Assembly (NCBI GenBank): GCA_014191855.1
Contig: BJHF01000027.1
Span: forward strand, 488 to 64,487
Length of the DNA stretch: 64,000 nucleotides
From: Deltaproteobacteria bacterium
GTDB lineage: Bacteria; Myxococcota_A; UBA796; SXON01
Direction of reading: 5' to 3'
Both the position numbers and the translations under genes were made by a program. Below the pieces are notes generated by a model. That model worked only from the letters and a program-made list of their open reading frames with translations, ran no database searches and was not told the origin of the DNA. This document shows positions 8,951 through 17,019 of the stretch, one piece after another; position 1 is the stretch's first letter; each line of letters begins with the position of its first letter.

Positions 8951-9400
8951 TCAAGCGCGGAGCTTGCCGATCTCGCGGAGCAGGTTCTCGGTCATCGCCG
9001 CAAACCCCTTCTCAAGCCGCGGGCGGAGTCCAAGCTTCTCCGCCAACAACAAGAGGTAGCCGTTCCCATCGAAGTCCACGTGCAGGGTTACGAGCGTGTT
9101 GGTGCTCGGCTTCGTCGTTCGCAGGCTGTAGTGGAGCTTCCCCTTGAGCCGCCGCCCGTCGAGCGCCACGTGTACGCGACGGCCACCGTGCTCCTCGTCC
9201 ACCCGGTCAAAACTGTAGCTGAGCACCCGGGGGCGAGGCTGGCTTTTGATGTCCAGGTCGAAGCAGCCGGTGCCGGTTTCGCGCAGGCCATCCCACGCAC
9301 CATCCACGATCAACCGGTGGTTCTTCGGTTCGCTGAGCCAGGCGAGCACGTCGTCCCGGCGCACGCCCTCGATCAAAACGTCGTTGGTGTAGACGGACAT
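8951..9400 (-). CDS. SRPBCC/START-like small protein (tentative)
   Basis: 149-aa ORF with an ATG start. Size and alternating beta/helix pattern resemble polyketide-cyclase/SRPBCC proteins. The family call comes from weak visual similarity only. Confidence 0.6.
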   Translation of the reverse strand: MSVYTNDVLIEGVRRDDVLAWLSEPKNHRLIVDGAWDGLRETGTGCFDLDIKSQPRPRVLSYSFDRVDEEHGGRRVHVALDGRRLKGKLHYSLRTTKPSTNTLVTLHVDFDGNGYLLLLAEKLGLRPRLEKGFAAMTENLLREIGKLRA

Positions 9401-9447
9401 CGTTCCTCCCGCCGGGGGGCCGGCTGGCGCCGGGTTATCCCGCGCCG

Positions 9448-10278
9448 ATGGTCCCGTACATCCATCTTCCGGTCTACCAGTTGGGGCCGATCCCGCTCGA
9501 CCCGTGGGGAATCCTCGTAACCACGGGGTTCGTGCTGGGTTTGGAGATCGCCCGGGCGCGCGGCATCGCCAAGGGTTTGGACGTTCGGGACATCGTGGAT
9601 GGCGTCGTCTTTACCGTCCTGATGGGTTTTGTGTTCGGCCACCTGGTCCACGTGCTCGCGTACCACCCCGAGCAGCTCGACGAGCAGGGCTTCGCCGCGT
9701 TGTACCGCATCTGGGCGGGCTTTTCGAGCTTCGGCGGCTTCATCGGCGCCGTGATCGGCAGCACCCTGTTCTTCACGGTCATCCGCAAGCGCGACTTCTG
9801 GTCGCACGCGGACGTCGTGATGTTCGCCTTCCCGTTCGCCTGGATCTTCGGCCGGGCCGGCTGCGCGATCGTGCACGACCACATCGGGCGGCCAACGGAC
9901 TTTTTTCTGGCCGTGAACTTCGCGACATGGCGGCCGGAGCTCGGCGTTCGGCATGACCTCGGGCTCTACGAGTGCCTGTGGGCGATGGTGATCTCGGCGG
10001 TGTTCTGGGCGTTCCGCAAGCGCGCCTGGCCGGCCGGCACCTTCCTGGTCATCTGGTGCTTCATGTACGCGCCGGTGCGGTTCTTCATGGACTTCCTGCG
10101 TAGAACCGACGAGATCGAGGGCTTCCCCACGGCAGATGTGCGCTGGGCGGGGCTGACGCCGGGGCAGTGGGGCAGCATCGTGATGTTCCTGGCCGGCGTG
10201 GCGATGTTCGTTCGGGTGCGGCGGTTGATGAAGGGCGCGGCGGCGGTGGGAGATGTGCAGGTGGGGGCGGCGGAGTAG
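9448..10278 (+). CDS. lgt: prolipoprotein diacylglyceryl transferase
   Basis: Polytopic membrane protein containing WGILVTTGF...GFSSFGGFIGAVIG...GRAGCAIVHDH...GLTPGQWGS, the Lgt signature (GR.GN/C-type motif and Lgt topology). Confidence 0.92.
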   Translation: MVPYIHLPVYQLGPIPLDPWGILVTTGFVLGLEIARARGIAKGLDVRDIVDGVVFTVLMGFVFGHLVHVLAYHPEQLDEQGFAALYRIWAGFSSFGGFIGAVIGSTLFFTVIRKRDFWSHADVVMFAFPFAWIFGRAGCAIVHDHIGRPTDFFLAVNFATWRPELGVRHDLGLYECLWAMVISAVFWAFRKRAWPAGTFLVIWCFMYAPVRFFMDFLRRTDEIEGFPTADVRWAGLTPGQWGSIVMFLAGVAMFVRVRRLMKGAAAVGDVQVGAAE

Positions 10279-10282
10279 TTCA

Positions 10283-10337
10283 GGGCGTTGCGCGCGGCCC
10301 GGTTCCGTGGTCGGGCGGGGGTGGCGGCGCAACGCGG
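10283..10337 (+). repeat. REP-like GC-rich palindromic element, family 1 (copy C)
   Basis: GCGTTGCGC (10285-10293) pairs perfectly with GCGCAACGC (10327-10335). There is an inner GCCCG...CGGGC stem and a 3'-side GGGGGTGGCGGCGC. It starts 5 nt after the lgt stop. Homologous copies lie at 37722-37778 (-) and 43288-43346 (+). Confidence 0.6.
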
Positions 10338-10431
10338 CCGCGCCGGACGGCGGCCAACGCGATGCCCACGAGCCCATGCATCGGCCCCCCAGCGGCGCAA
10401 CCGCAGTCGCCCTCGGGCGCGGCCCCGGCAG

Positions 10432-10483
10432 GCATCCCCCTGTAGATGAAACCGATCCTTTCGCATCCCCCTGTAGATGAAAC
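10432..10483 (+). repeat. perfect 21-nt direct repeat x2 (GCATCCCCCTGTAGATGAAAC), 31-nt period
   Basis: Identical 21-mers at 10432-10452 and 10463-10483, separated by CGATCCTTTC. A degenerate inverted copy (GTTTCATCCGGGTGGGG) lies at about 10613-10629. Confidence 0.8.
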
Positions 10484-10539
10484 GTCCGCCGGATCACGCC
10501 TGCGCATTCCACGCGGGGCGAGAGAATTACGGGCGTTTC

Positions 10540-10872
10540 TCAGCAGACGCGACGATAGAGTCCCCGCCGACCGAGGGCGCCGGTTTCACCTGGCTGGGGA
10601 TGCTCCGGCGGCCGTTTCATCCGGGTGGGGTTGGTCCAGTCGCCAGCCCCGACGCTGTCGCGACACCACAACGCGCGCACCGCGAAGCGCTCGTCCCACC
10701 GGCGGCTCCGCGGTGCAGCGATGGCGAGAAACGTACCTGTGAACCAAGGGATCGGGCCTGCGCCATCGTCCATCCCAGGCGAGGTCGCCGTGACGCTACG
10801 CACCTCATCCGCCGCAAGTAAGTCCACCAGCGCCATGCACGGGCGGGTGGGGGACACGAATTTCGAAGTCAC
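10540..10872 (-). CDS. hypothetical 110-aa protein (possibly a remnant domain), GTGA-coupled to the kinase gene
   Basis: The GTG start overlaps the kinase stop (GTGA). Third positions are mostly G/C. PIPWFTGTFLAIAAP faintly recalls the N-terminus of FGE-sulfatase domains. No confident family. Confidence 0.35.
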   Translation of the reverse strand: MTSKFVSPTRPCMALVDLLAADEVRSVTATSPGMDDGAGPIPWFTGTFLAIAAPRSRRWDERFAVRALWCRDSVGAGDWTNPTRMKRPPEHPQPGETGALGRRGLYRRVC

Positions 10873-13487
10873 CGCGACCGACTCGCCCAGCTAACCAGCG
10901 CCGCCGCAAGGATCGGCCCAGTGATCGGCGCGAGGCTCCCGCCCGTCGCAAGCGCAAGCGCGAGCGCGACGGCCAGGATCGCTGGCACCCAGCGCAGCCC
11001 TCGGAGCGCGGGCGGAACACGCGCGCTCGTGGCGATGAACGCCGTGCCTATACCAACCAGCAACGTGAGCACAGCCGCGAATTCCGGTGGCAGCTCGCGT
11101 GGCGCGGCCTGGCGAAGGAGCGTCTGCACCTGGGCGGCGAGCACTTCCGCTCCGTACCGCTGGCCCTCGGGCGTGCGCTGGAGGTCCTCATCCCCGAGAA
11201 GCGCCCCGACGATGGCGAGCCGCCCGCGCACGGCGGCAAGGTCACCCGTCGCTGGGATGGTCGTGACAGGACCCGATGGCGCGATCCCGTAGCTGTTTCG
11301 CGAAAGTGGACTTCGAAGCGCGCCGATCCGGAGCTCGCCGTCCACCGTCTCCGGCTCCGCGGCGCCCACAAGGGCCCCGGCCGCCAGGATTGACACGTGC
11401 CAGTACGTCCTCCCGGCGTCGTCAGCCACGCGCACTCGAGCGCGCCGCACCCACCCGATCGTGAGGTCGGCCAACGCCACGGCGTGGCCAAGCTCCGCCG
11501 CTTCCCCGAGCGCGTGGCTCCCCGGCCGCCGCACCTGCTCGCCATCCATCCGGACCGGCAAAATGACCGGAATGCCAGCCCGCTCGATCGCCGCGGCGAT
11601 CGCGCCGTCCTGCTCCGTTTCAGGCGTGAAGCTCACGTCGATCAGGATCGCGGCGGCCTCGGCGGCGGCGAGGCGGTCGACGAGGGCCGGCCATTCGGCG
11701 CGGAAGCTGCGTAGATCGCCCACTTCAGGGAGGGACACCACCACGACATCGTCGATGGCTACCGTTCGCCCGGCCGCGCGCAGCAGGGGGTAGTGCACGT
11801 GCACGTCCACGAGATCGGCCAGCCCCAGGAAAACCAACAGCGCAGGGGCGATCACCGCGGCTACCAAACGAAATTGTACTCGCGAGCGGAGGAGCGCCGG
11901 GAACGCGCGTGCGAGCACTTCGTCCAGGGTGCCGACCTCCAGGCGTTCAACGCCTGCATCGCTGGGCGGACTGCCGCGGGGCACGATCACGAGGACACAG
12001 CCTGCGCCAGCGGCGGCCAGCAGCTTGGCGGGAATGCCCCCCACGGGCGCGATCTGGCCATCAAGGTCTACGCCGCCCGTGAACACCCAGCCCGACGGCA
12101 CCGGGAGTCCTCGCACGGCGCTCGCGGTGGCGACCGCGACGGCCAGCGCCAACGAGGTGCCGTGGATGCGAAATCCTGCGCCGCGTACCTGCCAGACGAC
12201 GCGCCGCTCCCCCGCTGAGGCGCCGAGCACGGCCGCCACGGCGATCTGCGCGGCGACCTGCGCGTCGCGCTCCACGTCCTGCGGAGTCGAGATGCCCGTG
12301 GCCCCGCTGTACACCTCGACAATCACCTCGACGAGGTGTCCCCTCCCCGCGCCGTCGACCACGAGCGCGGTCGCGACCCCGGGTCGTCCGGAGGGGGTCG
12401 GCTGCGTCGGGGGCAGCGGCTGCGCCCGGGCGGCGTGCGTTTCCGGGGCCGCGCCGTCGGGGTCTTCGGCGGCCTCCACCGCCATCGTCTCGCCGGCAGA
12501 CTGTGGCGGGGCATTCCACACCCTGGATCCCTCGAAAATTGCGCGCACGGTCGCGATGTCAGGCGGCCGCGCCTGAGGATCCACCCGGAGGCAAGCCTCG
12601 ACGGTGCGGCGCCACGCTTCCGGCACCCCTGATCGGGCCTGCCCGAGCGGGAGGTACCGCCCGGTGCTCGCGGCGGCGAGCACCTCCCACGCCGCCTCCC
12701 CTGCGAAGGGCGGGTGACCCGTCACCATCGCGTAAAGGGTTGCGCCAAGGCTCCAGATGTCCGCGCGCATGGTCACGTCGCGCGCGCTCCGAGCCTGCTC
12801 CGGGGCCATGTAGTGCGGCGAGCCGAGGGCGATGCCCGCGCGTGTCGAGTGCCCGCCGGCCGCCTCGCCGTCTGCCCGCGCGATCCCGAAATCCGAGACC
12901 TTCGGCACCGGAGGCGAAACGGCGTCGTCGAGCAGCACGTTCGCGGGCTTGATGTCGCGGTGTACGATATTATCGGCGTGTGCCGCATCGATCCCATCGA
13001 GGATCGCGCGGAAGACTCGCTCCACTTCCGCGAGCGGGAGGGGTTGGCCGGCGATTCGCTCGTGTAGGTTCCCACCGCTCACGAACTCCAAGAGCAACGC
13101 CGGCGCGTCGCCCACCTGGAGGATGTCGATCACCCCAACGACGTTTTGGTGGTGAAGCTGGGCGAGCACCCGGCCTTCCGTGTAGAGCCGCGCCCGCGTC
13201 GCCGCGTCGGCTCCGTCCAGGACCTTGAGCGCGCGGACGACGCCCAGATCGCGATGCCGAACCTGGTAAACGGTGGCCTGCCCGCCCCGGCCGACCACGC
13301 GCTCCACCACGTAGCGATCGACGATGTCGCCCGGTTTCAGGGTTCCGCTCACGGGCGGAGTGTAACGGGCGGCCGATCGCGGCCGCAGGCGGGAGACCGT
13401 AGACCGTAGGCTGGAGCGGAACCGAGAGCGGAGCTCACCGCACCAGTCGCACCGACCTCCCTCGCGCGTCGAGTCCGAGGAGAACAT
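10869..13487 (-). CDS. Ser/Thr protein kinase fused to a Lon-type (S16) protease-like domain and a C-terminal CHASE2 sensor with TM helices
   Basis: Hanks kinase motifs are present: GRGGQATVY..ALKVL, HRDIKPANVLL, SDFGIAR, YMAPEQ. The middle segment HGTSLALAVAVATASAV...VFTGGVDLDGQIAPVGGIPAKLLAAAGAGCVLVIVP aligns with the Lon proteolytic domain. A TM helix follows, then a CHASE2-like segment (VVVVSLPE...ILIDVSF...IPVILPV), then terminal TM helices. The start at 13487 is uncertain because it overlaps the upstream ORF by about 50 nt. Confidence 0.9.
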   Translation of the reverse strand: MFSSDSTREGGRCDWCGELRSRFRSSLRSTVSRLRPRSAARYTPPVSGTLKPGDIVDRYVVERVVGRGGQATVYQVRHRDLGVVRALKVLDGADAATRARLYTEGRVLAQLHHQNVVGVIDILQVGDAPALLLEFVSGGNLHERIAGQPLPLAEVERVFRAILDGIDAAHADNIVHRDIKPANVLLDDAVSPPVPKVSDFGIARADGEAAGGHSTRAGIALGSPHYMAPEQARSARDVTMRADIWSLGATLYAMVTGHPPFAGEAAWEVLAAASTGRYLPLGQARSGVPEAWRRTVEACLRVDPQARPPDIATVRAIFEGSRVWNAPPQSAGETMAVEAAEDPDGAAPETHAARAQPLPPTQPTPSGRPGVATALVVDGAGRGHLVEVIVEVYSGATGISTPQDVERDAQVAAQIAVAAVLGASAGERRVVWQVRGAGFRIHGTSLALAVAVATASAVRGLPVPSGWVFTGGVDLDGQIAPVGGIPAKLLAAAGAGCVLVIVPRGSPPSDAGVERLEVGTLDEVLARAFPALLRSRVQFRLVAAVIAPALLVFLGLADLVDVHVHYPLLRAAGRTVAIDDVVVVSLPEVGDLRSFRAEWPALVDRLAAAEAAAILIDVSFTPETEQDGAIAAAIERAGIPVILPVRMDGEQVRRPGSHALGEAAELGHAVALADLTIGWVRRARVRVADDAGRTYWHVSILAAGALVGAAEPETVDGELRIGALRSPLSRNSYGIAPSGPVTTIPATGDLAAVRGRLAIVGALLGDEDLQRTPEGQRYGAEVLAAQVQTLLRQAAPRELPPEFAAVLTLLVGIGTAFIATSARVPPALRGLRWVPAILAVALALALATGGSLAPITGPILAAALVSWASRSR

Positions 13488-13806
13488 CGCCGACCGGCGG
13501 CACGGGCACCGGAACGCCAGGGGCGAGAGCGACGCGCACCTCCCCGACCTGGATGGTCAGCCCCCCGGGGCCTGCGGTCTGCGTGGCGAAGCCGCCGCCC
13601 ACCACCACCGAGTAAACCGAGTCCCGGTAGGTGTGCTCGCCGTCCGCAGCGGCCAGGCGAATCGGGCTTTCCACTTCTTCCAAGGCCTCGAACTCGTCGT
13701 CCTCCTCGCTGCGCTCTCGCGCGTGCCGGCGCCGCGCCGCGAGCCGCGCGAGCCCATCGAGCAGCGGCTGCCCGGCGAGCAGGCCCTCCCAGCGATCGCG
13801 GCTCAC
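13435..13806 (-). CDS. small hypothetical protein (about 123 aa) between the sigma-like and kinase genes
   Basis: The GTG start overlaps the stop of the sigma-like gene (GTGA). It has an acidic helical N-half (ERSEEDDEFEALEEVE) and a beta-rich C-half. The longer upstream ORF extension was rejected. Confidence 0.45.
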   Translation of the reverse strand: MSRDRWEGLLAGQPLLDGLARLAARRRHARERSEEDDEFEALEEVESPIRLAAADGEHTYRDSVYSVVVGGGFATQTAGPGGLTIQVGEVRVALAPGVPVPVPPVGDVLLGLDARGRSVRLVR

Positions 13807-14771
13807 GCGCCCTCCCCGATGCTGTCCAACACGTCCAGCACCAGCTCCAGGAGCGCCTTGGGCGGAGGCCTCGACGCTTCCGGCGCGCCCAGCTCCCCCG
13901 CCAGCCGCGCAACGAAGTGCTCCCCGATGCGCTCCAGCGCGCGCGTAACCGCCACACGGTGCGCGTATTGGGGCAGACGCGCACACACCTCATCGTAGCT
14001 CTCCCCCCCGATGATCGCGCGGAGCAACGCCCGATCCTCCGAGGCGAGGGCCGACCATCCGGCAAGCACCGCCGCGCGCACGGCCCCCCGACTCAGCAGG
14101 TCTTCGCTGTGCGTTTCTTCGGCCGCCTCGGGCCCCGCAGGCGCGCCGATCACCGCTTCGAGCACGCGGCACAGCTGCGACTGGGTGCGGGGGCCGCCCA
14201 GCCGAAGTGCGCGATCAACCAAGGTGGGGACGTCCCGCTCCGGGCTCCCGCGAAGCAGCTCCACGAGTGTGGCTTCATAGCGGATGGCTGAGATTCCTTC
14301 GAGGCGCCACCGCGGCGGGGCGCCGGCGATGCGCTCGGCGACGAGGCGGAGGTGGTCGCCGATCGCGCCGTAGAGATCCGCGCGCCAAACGAGACGCGGA
14401 TCGGAGGAGAGATTGTGCGCGTAGTCGGCGCGCAGGAGCTCGCGGGTGATCGAGAGCTTGGCGTAGAAGCTATGGTAACGGATCGCGCGACCATCGAAGC
14501 TCTCCAGGGCGTACGCGCGAAACGGCGTGCGACCGGAGAACGGGAAGCGGCCTTTCGGGGTGCGCGCGCACGTAGTGTAGACGCGCGCGCCGAGGTCGGC
14601 GATGGCCTCGGCGTGCTTGCGCCCCAGGGCGAACCAGGCGTCCGGGTAGGGGCGCGCGACGCTCGCGACGTGCCGGAGCACCTCCGTGAGCAGGGCGCGC
14701 CCGCTCCCCTCGTCGCGGTCGAAGGCGGCCACGAGCGAGGGGAGCGGGTCATCGAAACGAATGACGGACAT
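13803..14771 (-). CDS. ECF-like sigma factor with extended region2-region4 linker
   Basis: N-terminal FSGRTPFRAYALESFDGRAIRYH resembles sigma region 2.3-2.4 (F.G.S.F..WL..I..N...D..R). C-terminal LASEDRALLRAIIGGESYDEVCARLPQYAHRVAVTRALERI resembles the region 4 HTH. About 130 aa separate the two regions. Confidence 0.7.
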   Translation of the reverse strand: MSVIRFDDPLPSLVAAFDRDEGSGRALLTEVLRHVASVARPYPDAWFALGRKHAEAIADLGARVYTTCARTPKGRFPFSGRTPFRAYALESFDGRAIRYHSFYAKLSITRELLRADYAHNLSSDPRLVWRADLYGAIGDHLRLVAERIAGAPPRWRLEGISAIRYEATLVELLRGSPERDVPTLVDRALRLGGPRTQSQLCRVLEAVIGAPAGPEAAEETHSEDLLSRGAVRAAVLAGWSALASEDRALLRAIIGGESYDEVCARLPQYAHRVAVTRALERIGEHFVARLAGELGAPEASRPPPKALLELVLDVLDSIGEGA

Positions 14772-14802
14772 GGCGGGAGCCTCTAACGGATGCGAGGTCG
14801 GC

Positions 14803-15885
14803 TTAGAGGCCGTTCAAGTAGGCGTTGAAGTCGGCCTCGCTCGTCGGGAGCAGGTCGACCGACAGCGTTTCCTTCATTTCACCTCCACCCACGTCCACGC
14901 CAACCGGGATGGTGTAGGCGTCGTCATGGAAGAGGAAACGCTCCCCGTCGATGAGCGAGTAGATCACGAGCTTCCCGGTGATCCCCACGGGCATGCCGTT
15001 CATGTAGCTGCGGTAGCCGGGGAGGCTGGAGTCCCCGGTGTACAACTGCACGGCGCTGCTCGCCCCCGCCGGGAGGAAGAACACGGCCGCTTCGGTGGAG
15101 AAGTGGGAGAGGAACACCACGTCCAGGGTCACGTGGACCGCGGACAGGTTGGTGATCGCATCGCAGTTGTAGGCGGAGTACCCGCCGATCCCACCTGCCC
15201 ATACCCCGCTGAACTGGAAGGCGTTGTCCCCGGAGCCGTCCTTCCCGCGCACCAACGTTGCCGTCGCGGGCTCTTCCAAGGGGCGCGTCCAGGCCTCCCC
15301 CGCGTCCCCCGCGACGAAGAGCTCCATGCCCGAGGCGGTGCTGTCCCAGGCGTCGAAGGCGAGGTCCGTGATGCCGTTGATGGCCAGCGGCTGGCCTTCC
15401 TGGGAGGCCTTCAGGGCGAACGAGCCGCTCGTCGCGAGCCAGTCACCGTCAGCGGTGAGCGTGGCGCGGCCGCCGCGGACCATGTCGCCGAGGGAGTCGT
15501 ACTCGGTCAGCTCGACGTCCACGGCGCCGCCGGCCAGCCGGCCGTCGCTGAAGGAGAAGGCTTTGGGGCCGATGGTGATGTGGACGGAGTCGCCCGCGAT
15601 GGCACCCCCGACCGACGCATCCGCGATCGTGAACGCGGTGGGCTCCGGGCCGAGCAGCGCGAAGAGCTCAGCCAGCGTCGCAGGCGCGGAGCCGCCGCCG
15701 CCGGTGTCCCAGCTGTCGTTGGCCTCGCCCGTGTCGAGCCGGTCGCCGGAATCCGCGCTGTCGCCGAGGGCTCCTCCGCCCGGCGCGCCGGAGTCGTCGA
15801 GCTGGGCCTCGGTTTCCGCGGCCAGCGGCAGGCAGCCGGAGAGCAGCGCCAAAAGGGTGGGGACGAACGGACAGATGGAACGCAT
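14803..15885 (-). CDS. lipoprotein of unknown function
   Basis: The internal ATG at 15885 gives MRSICPFVPTLLALLSGC (signal plus lipobox), followed by a Ser/Asp/Gly-rich linker. Its stop is 31 nt upstream of the sigma-like gene on the same strand. Confidence 0.7.
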   Translation of the reverse strand: MRSICPFVPTLLALLSGCLPLAAETEAQLDDSGAPGGGALGDSADSGDRLDTGEANDSWDTGGGGSAPATLAELFALLGPEPTAFTIADASVGGAIAGDSVHITIGPKAFSFSDGRLAGGAVDVELTEYDSLGDMVRGGRATLTADGDWLATSGSFALKASQEGQPLAINGITDLAFDAWDSTASGMELFVAGDAGEAWTRPLEEPATATLVRGKDGSGDNAFQFSGVWAGGIGGYSAYNCDAITNLSAVHVTLDVVFLSHFSTEAAVFFLPAGASSAVQLYTGDSSLPGYRSYMNGMPVGITGKLVIYSLIDGERFLFHDDAYTIPVGVDVGGGEMKETLSVDLLPTSEADFNAYLNGL

Positions 15886-16011
15886 GGGCACCTCGGGGTG
15901 AAACGGGGCCGGGGAAATCCGGTCCGTACGATGCTCCAAGGGACAGGTGCGCGCCCGTTACGAAACCAACGAAATAATTCTGGCCGCGCGGTCCGTGATA
16001 CGAGGATCGGC

Positions 16012-17019
16012 GTGCTTCACCGGCTGTTCCTCCTCTGCCTGCTGATCCTCGCGGTGCCGTCGCGGGCGTTCGCCGCCTGGGGGGAGATCGTTGAGCTGTC
16101 GGCGCCCGACGCGCAGGGGCAGTGGCGTCCGGTGGCGACGACCACCCGCGTGCTCATCCTCCGCGGCGAAGCCAGACTTCCCGCGGCGCGAGGGATGGTG
16201 CTGGAGGAAGGGGATCGCATCGTTACCGAAGAGGCCCGCGCGCGGCTCACGGTCGGGACGGGGGAGGAGATTGCGGTTGGCGAACATGCCGATCTGGAGG
16301 TTCGCGCCCGAACGGTGCTCCAGCGGCTCGGCGACGTATACTACTCGGTGCGCGGCGCGTTCGAGGTGCGCTACGGAACCGTTCAAACGACCGTCGAAGG
16401 CACCGAGTTCGCCATCGACGGGAACGGCGCCTCGGTGCGGATCACGGTCATCGAGGGGCGCGTGCGGGTGAACGCGCCCGCCGGGGAGACTCGCCTCCGA
16501 CGATGGCAGACCGTGGAGTCGCCCGCGGAGGCGCCGCCCGCGTCCGGGCTGGGCCTCCGACCGGTCACGAAGCCGGCCGCCGCCGCCCGCATTGTCGAGC
16601 GCGCCTTCGGTCGGCCTCGGGCGGAGATCGGACTCTTTGGCGCCGCCGGTCTGGAGCCGGGCGGGGTCACCGTCAACCTTCGGGCGCTCGCTCGCGTTCG
16701 GCTCGCTGGCGCCCTCCGCCTCGCGTTCGACACCGCGATCGGCACCAACGGCCGCGCCGAGGGGCTCCGGCTGCCGCAAGCCATGGGTCTGGAGCTCGGC
16801 TTCGGCCCCCTGGCCGTCGGCACCCAGCTCGTCGGCACCTTCGAGCTCGCCCGCCTCAACTGCGACGGCGCCTACACCGCGCTCCACCTCGGCGGCGTGG
16901 GCTCAGTCCGATACGGCCTCCCGCTCTCGCGGCGGGTATCCGCACAAGTGCTGCTTCGCGGCGGCTATGTTCAGGGACCGATGGGCGACCTCGGCCTCGG
17001 CTTCGCGGTGGCGCTATGA
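16012..17019 (+). CDS. secreted FecR-domain protein with beta-strand-rich C-terminus
   Basis: GTG at 16012 is preceded by GAGGA. VLHRLFLLCLLILAVPSRAFA is a signal peptide. LEEGDRIVTEEARARLTVGTGEEIAVGEHADLEV...TTVEGTEFAI is a FecR domain. The upstream part of ORF 14686..17019 was rejected. Confidence 0.8.
   Translation: MLHRLFLLCLLILAVPSRAFAAWGEIVELSAPDAQGQWRPVATTTRVLILRGEARLPAARGMVLEEGDRIVTEEARARLTVGTGEEIAVGEHADLEVRARTVLQRLGDVYYSVRGAFEVRYGTVQTTVEGTEFAIDGNGASVRITVIEGRVRVNAPAGETRLRRWQTVESPAEAPPASGLGLRPVTKPAAAARIVERAFGRPRAEIGLFGAAGLEPGGVTVNLRALARVRLAGALRLAFDTAIGTNGRAEGLRLPQAMGLELGFGPLAVGTQLVGTFELARLNCDGAYTALHLGGVGSVRYGLPLSRRVSAQVLLRGGYVQGPMGDLGLGFAVAL

Noticed and set aside
10432-10483. CRISPR-like repeat (the repeat ends in GTAGATGAAAC).
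   Set aside because: There are only two copies, the 10-nt spacer is far too short, and no cas genes or leader are present. It is reported instead as a simple tandem direct repeat.
14686-16011. N-terminal extensions of real genes implied by the longest-ORF coordinates. Examples: FecR 14686..17019, beta-helix lipoprotein 16122..18149, HAD 4094..5173, MBL 25086..26264, second MlaE 26268..27839, M15 lipoprotein 41002..43278, puuD 52398..54161, allB 51711..54968.
   Set aside because: The extensions overlap other well-supported genes and have aberrant composition. Internal ATG/GTG starts give canonical signal peptides, lipoboxes or family N-termini. Many of these starts also have 4-nt stop-start overlaps or Shine-Dalgarno sequences.
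15886-16011. ECF-type promoter (GAAC-N16/17-CGTC) in the divergent region between the lipoprotein/sigma operon and the FecR gene.
   Set aside because: AAC and CGT trinucleotides are present, but at spacings of 20-28 nt. The one 16-nt case has CGCG rather than CGTC. There is no convincing match.
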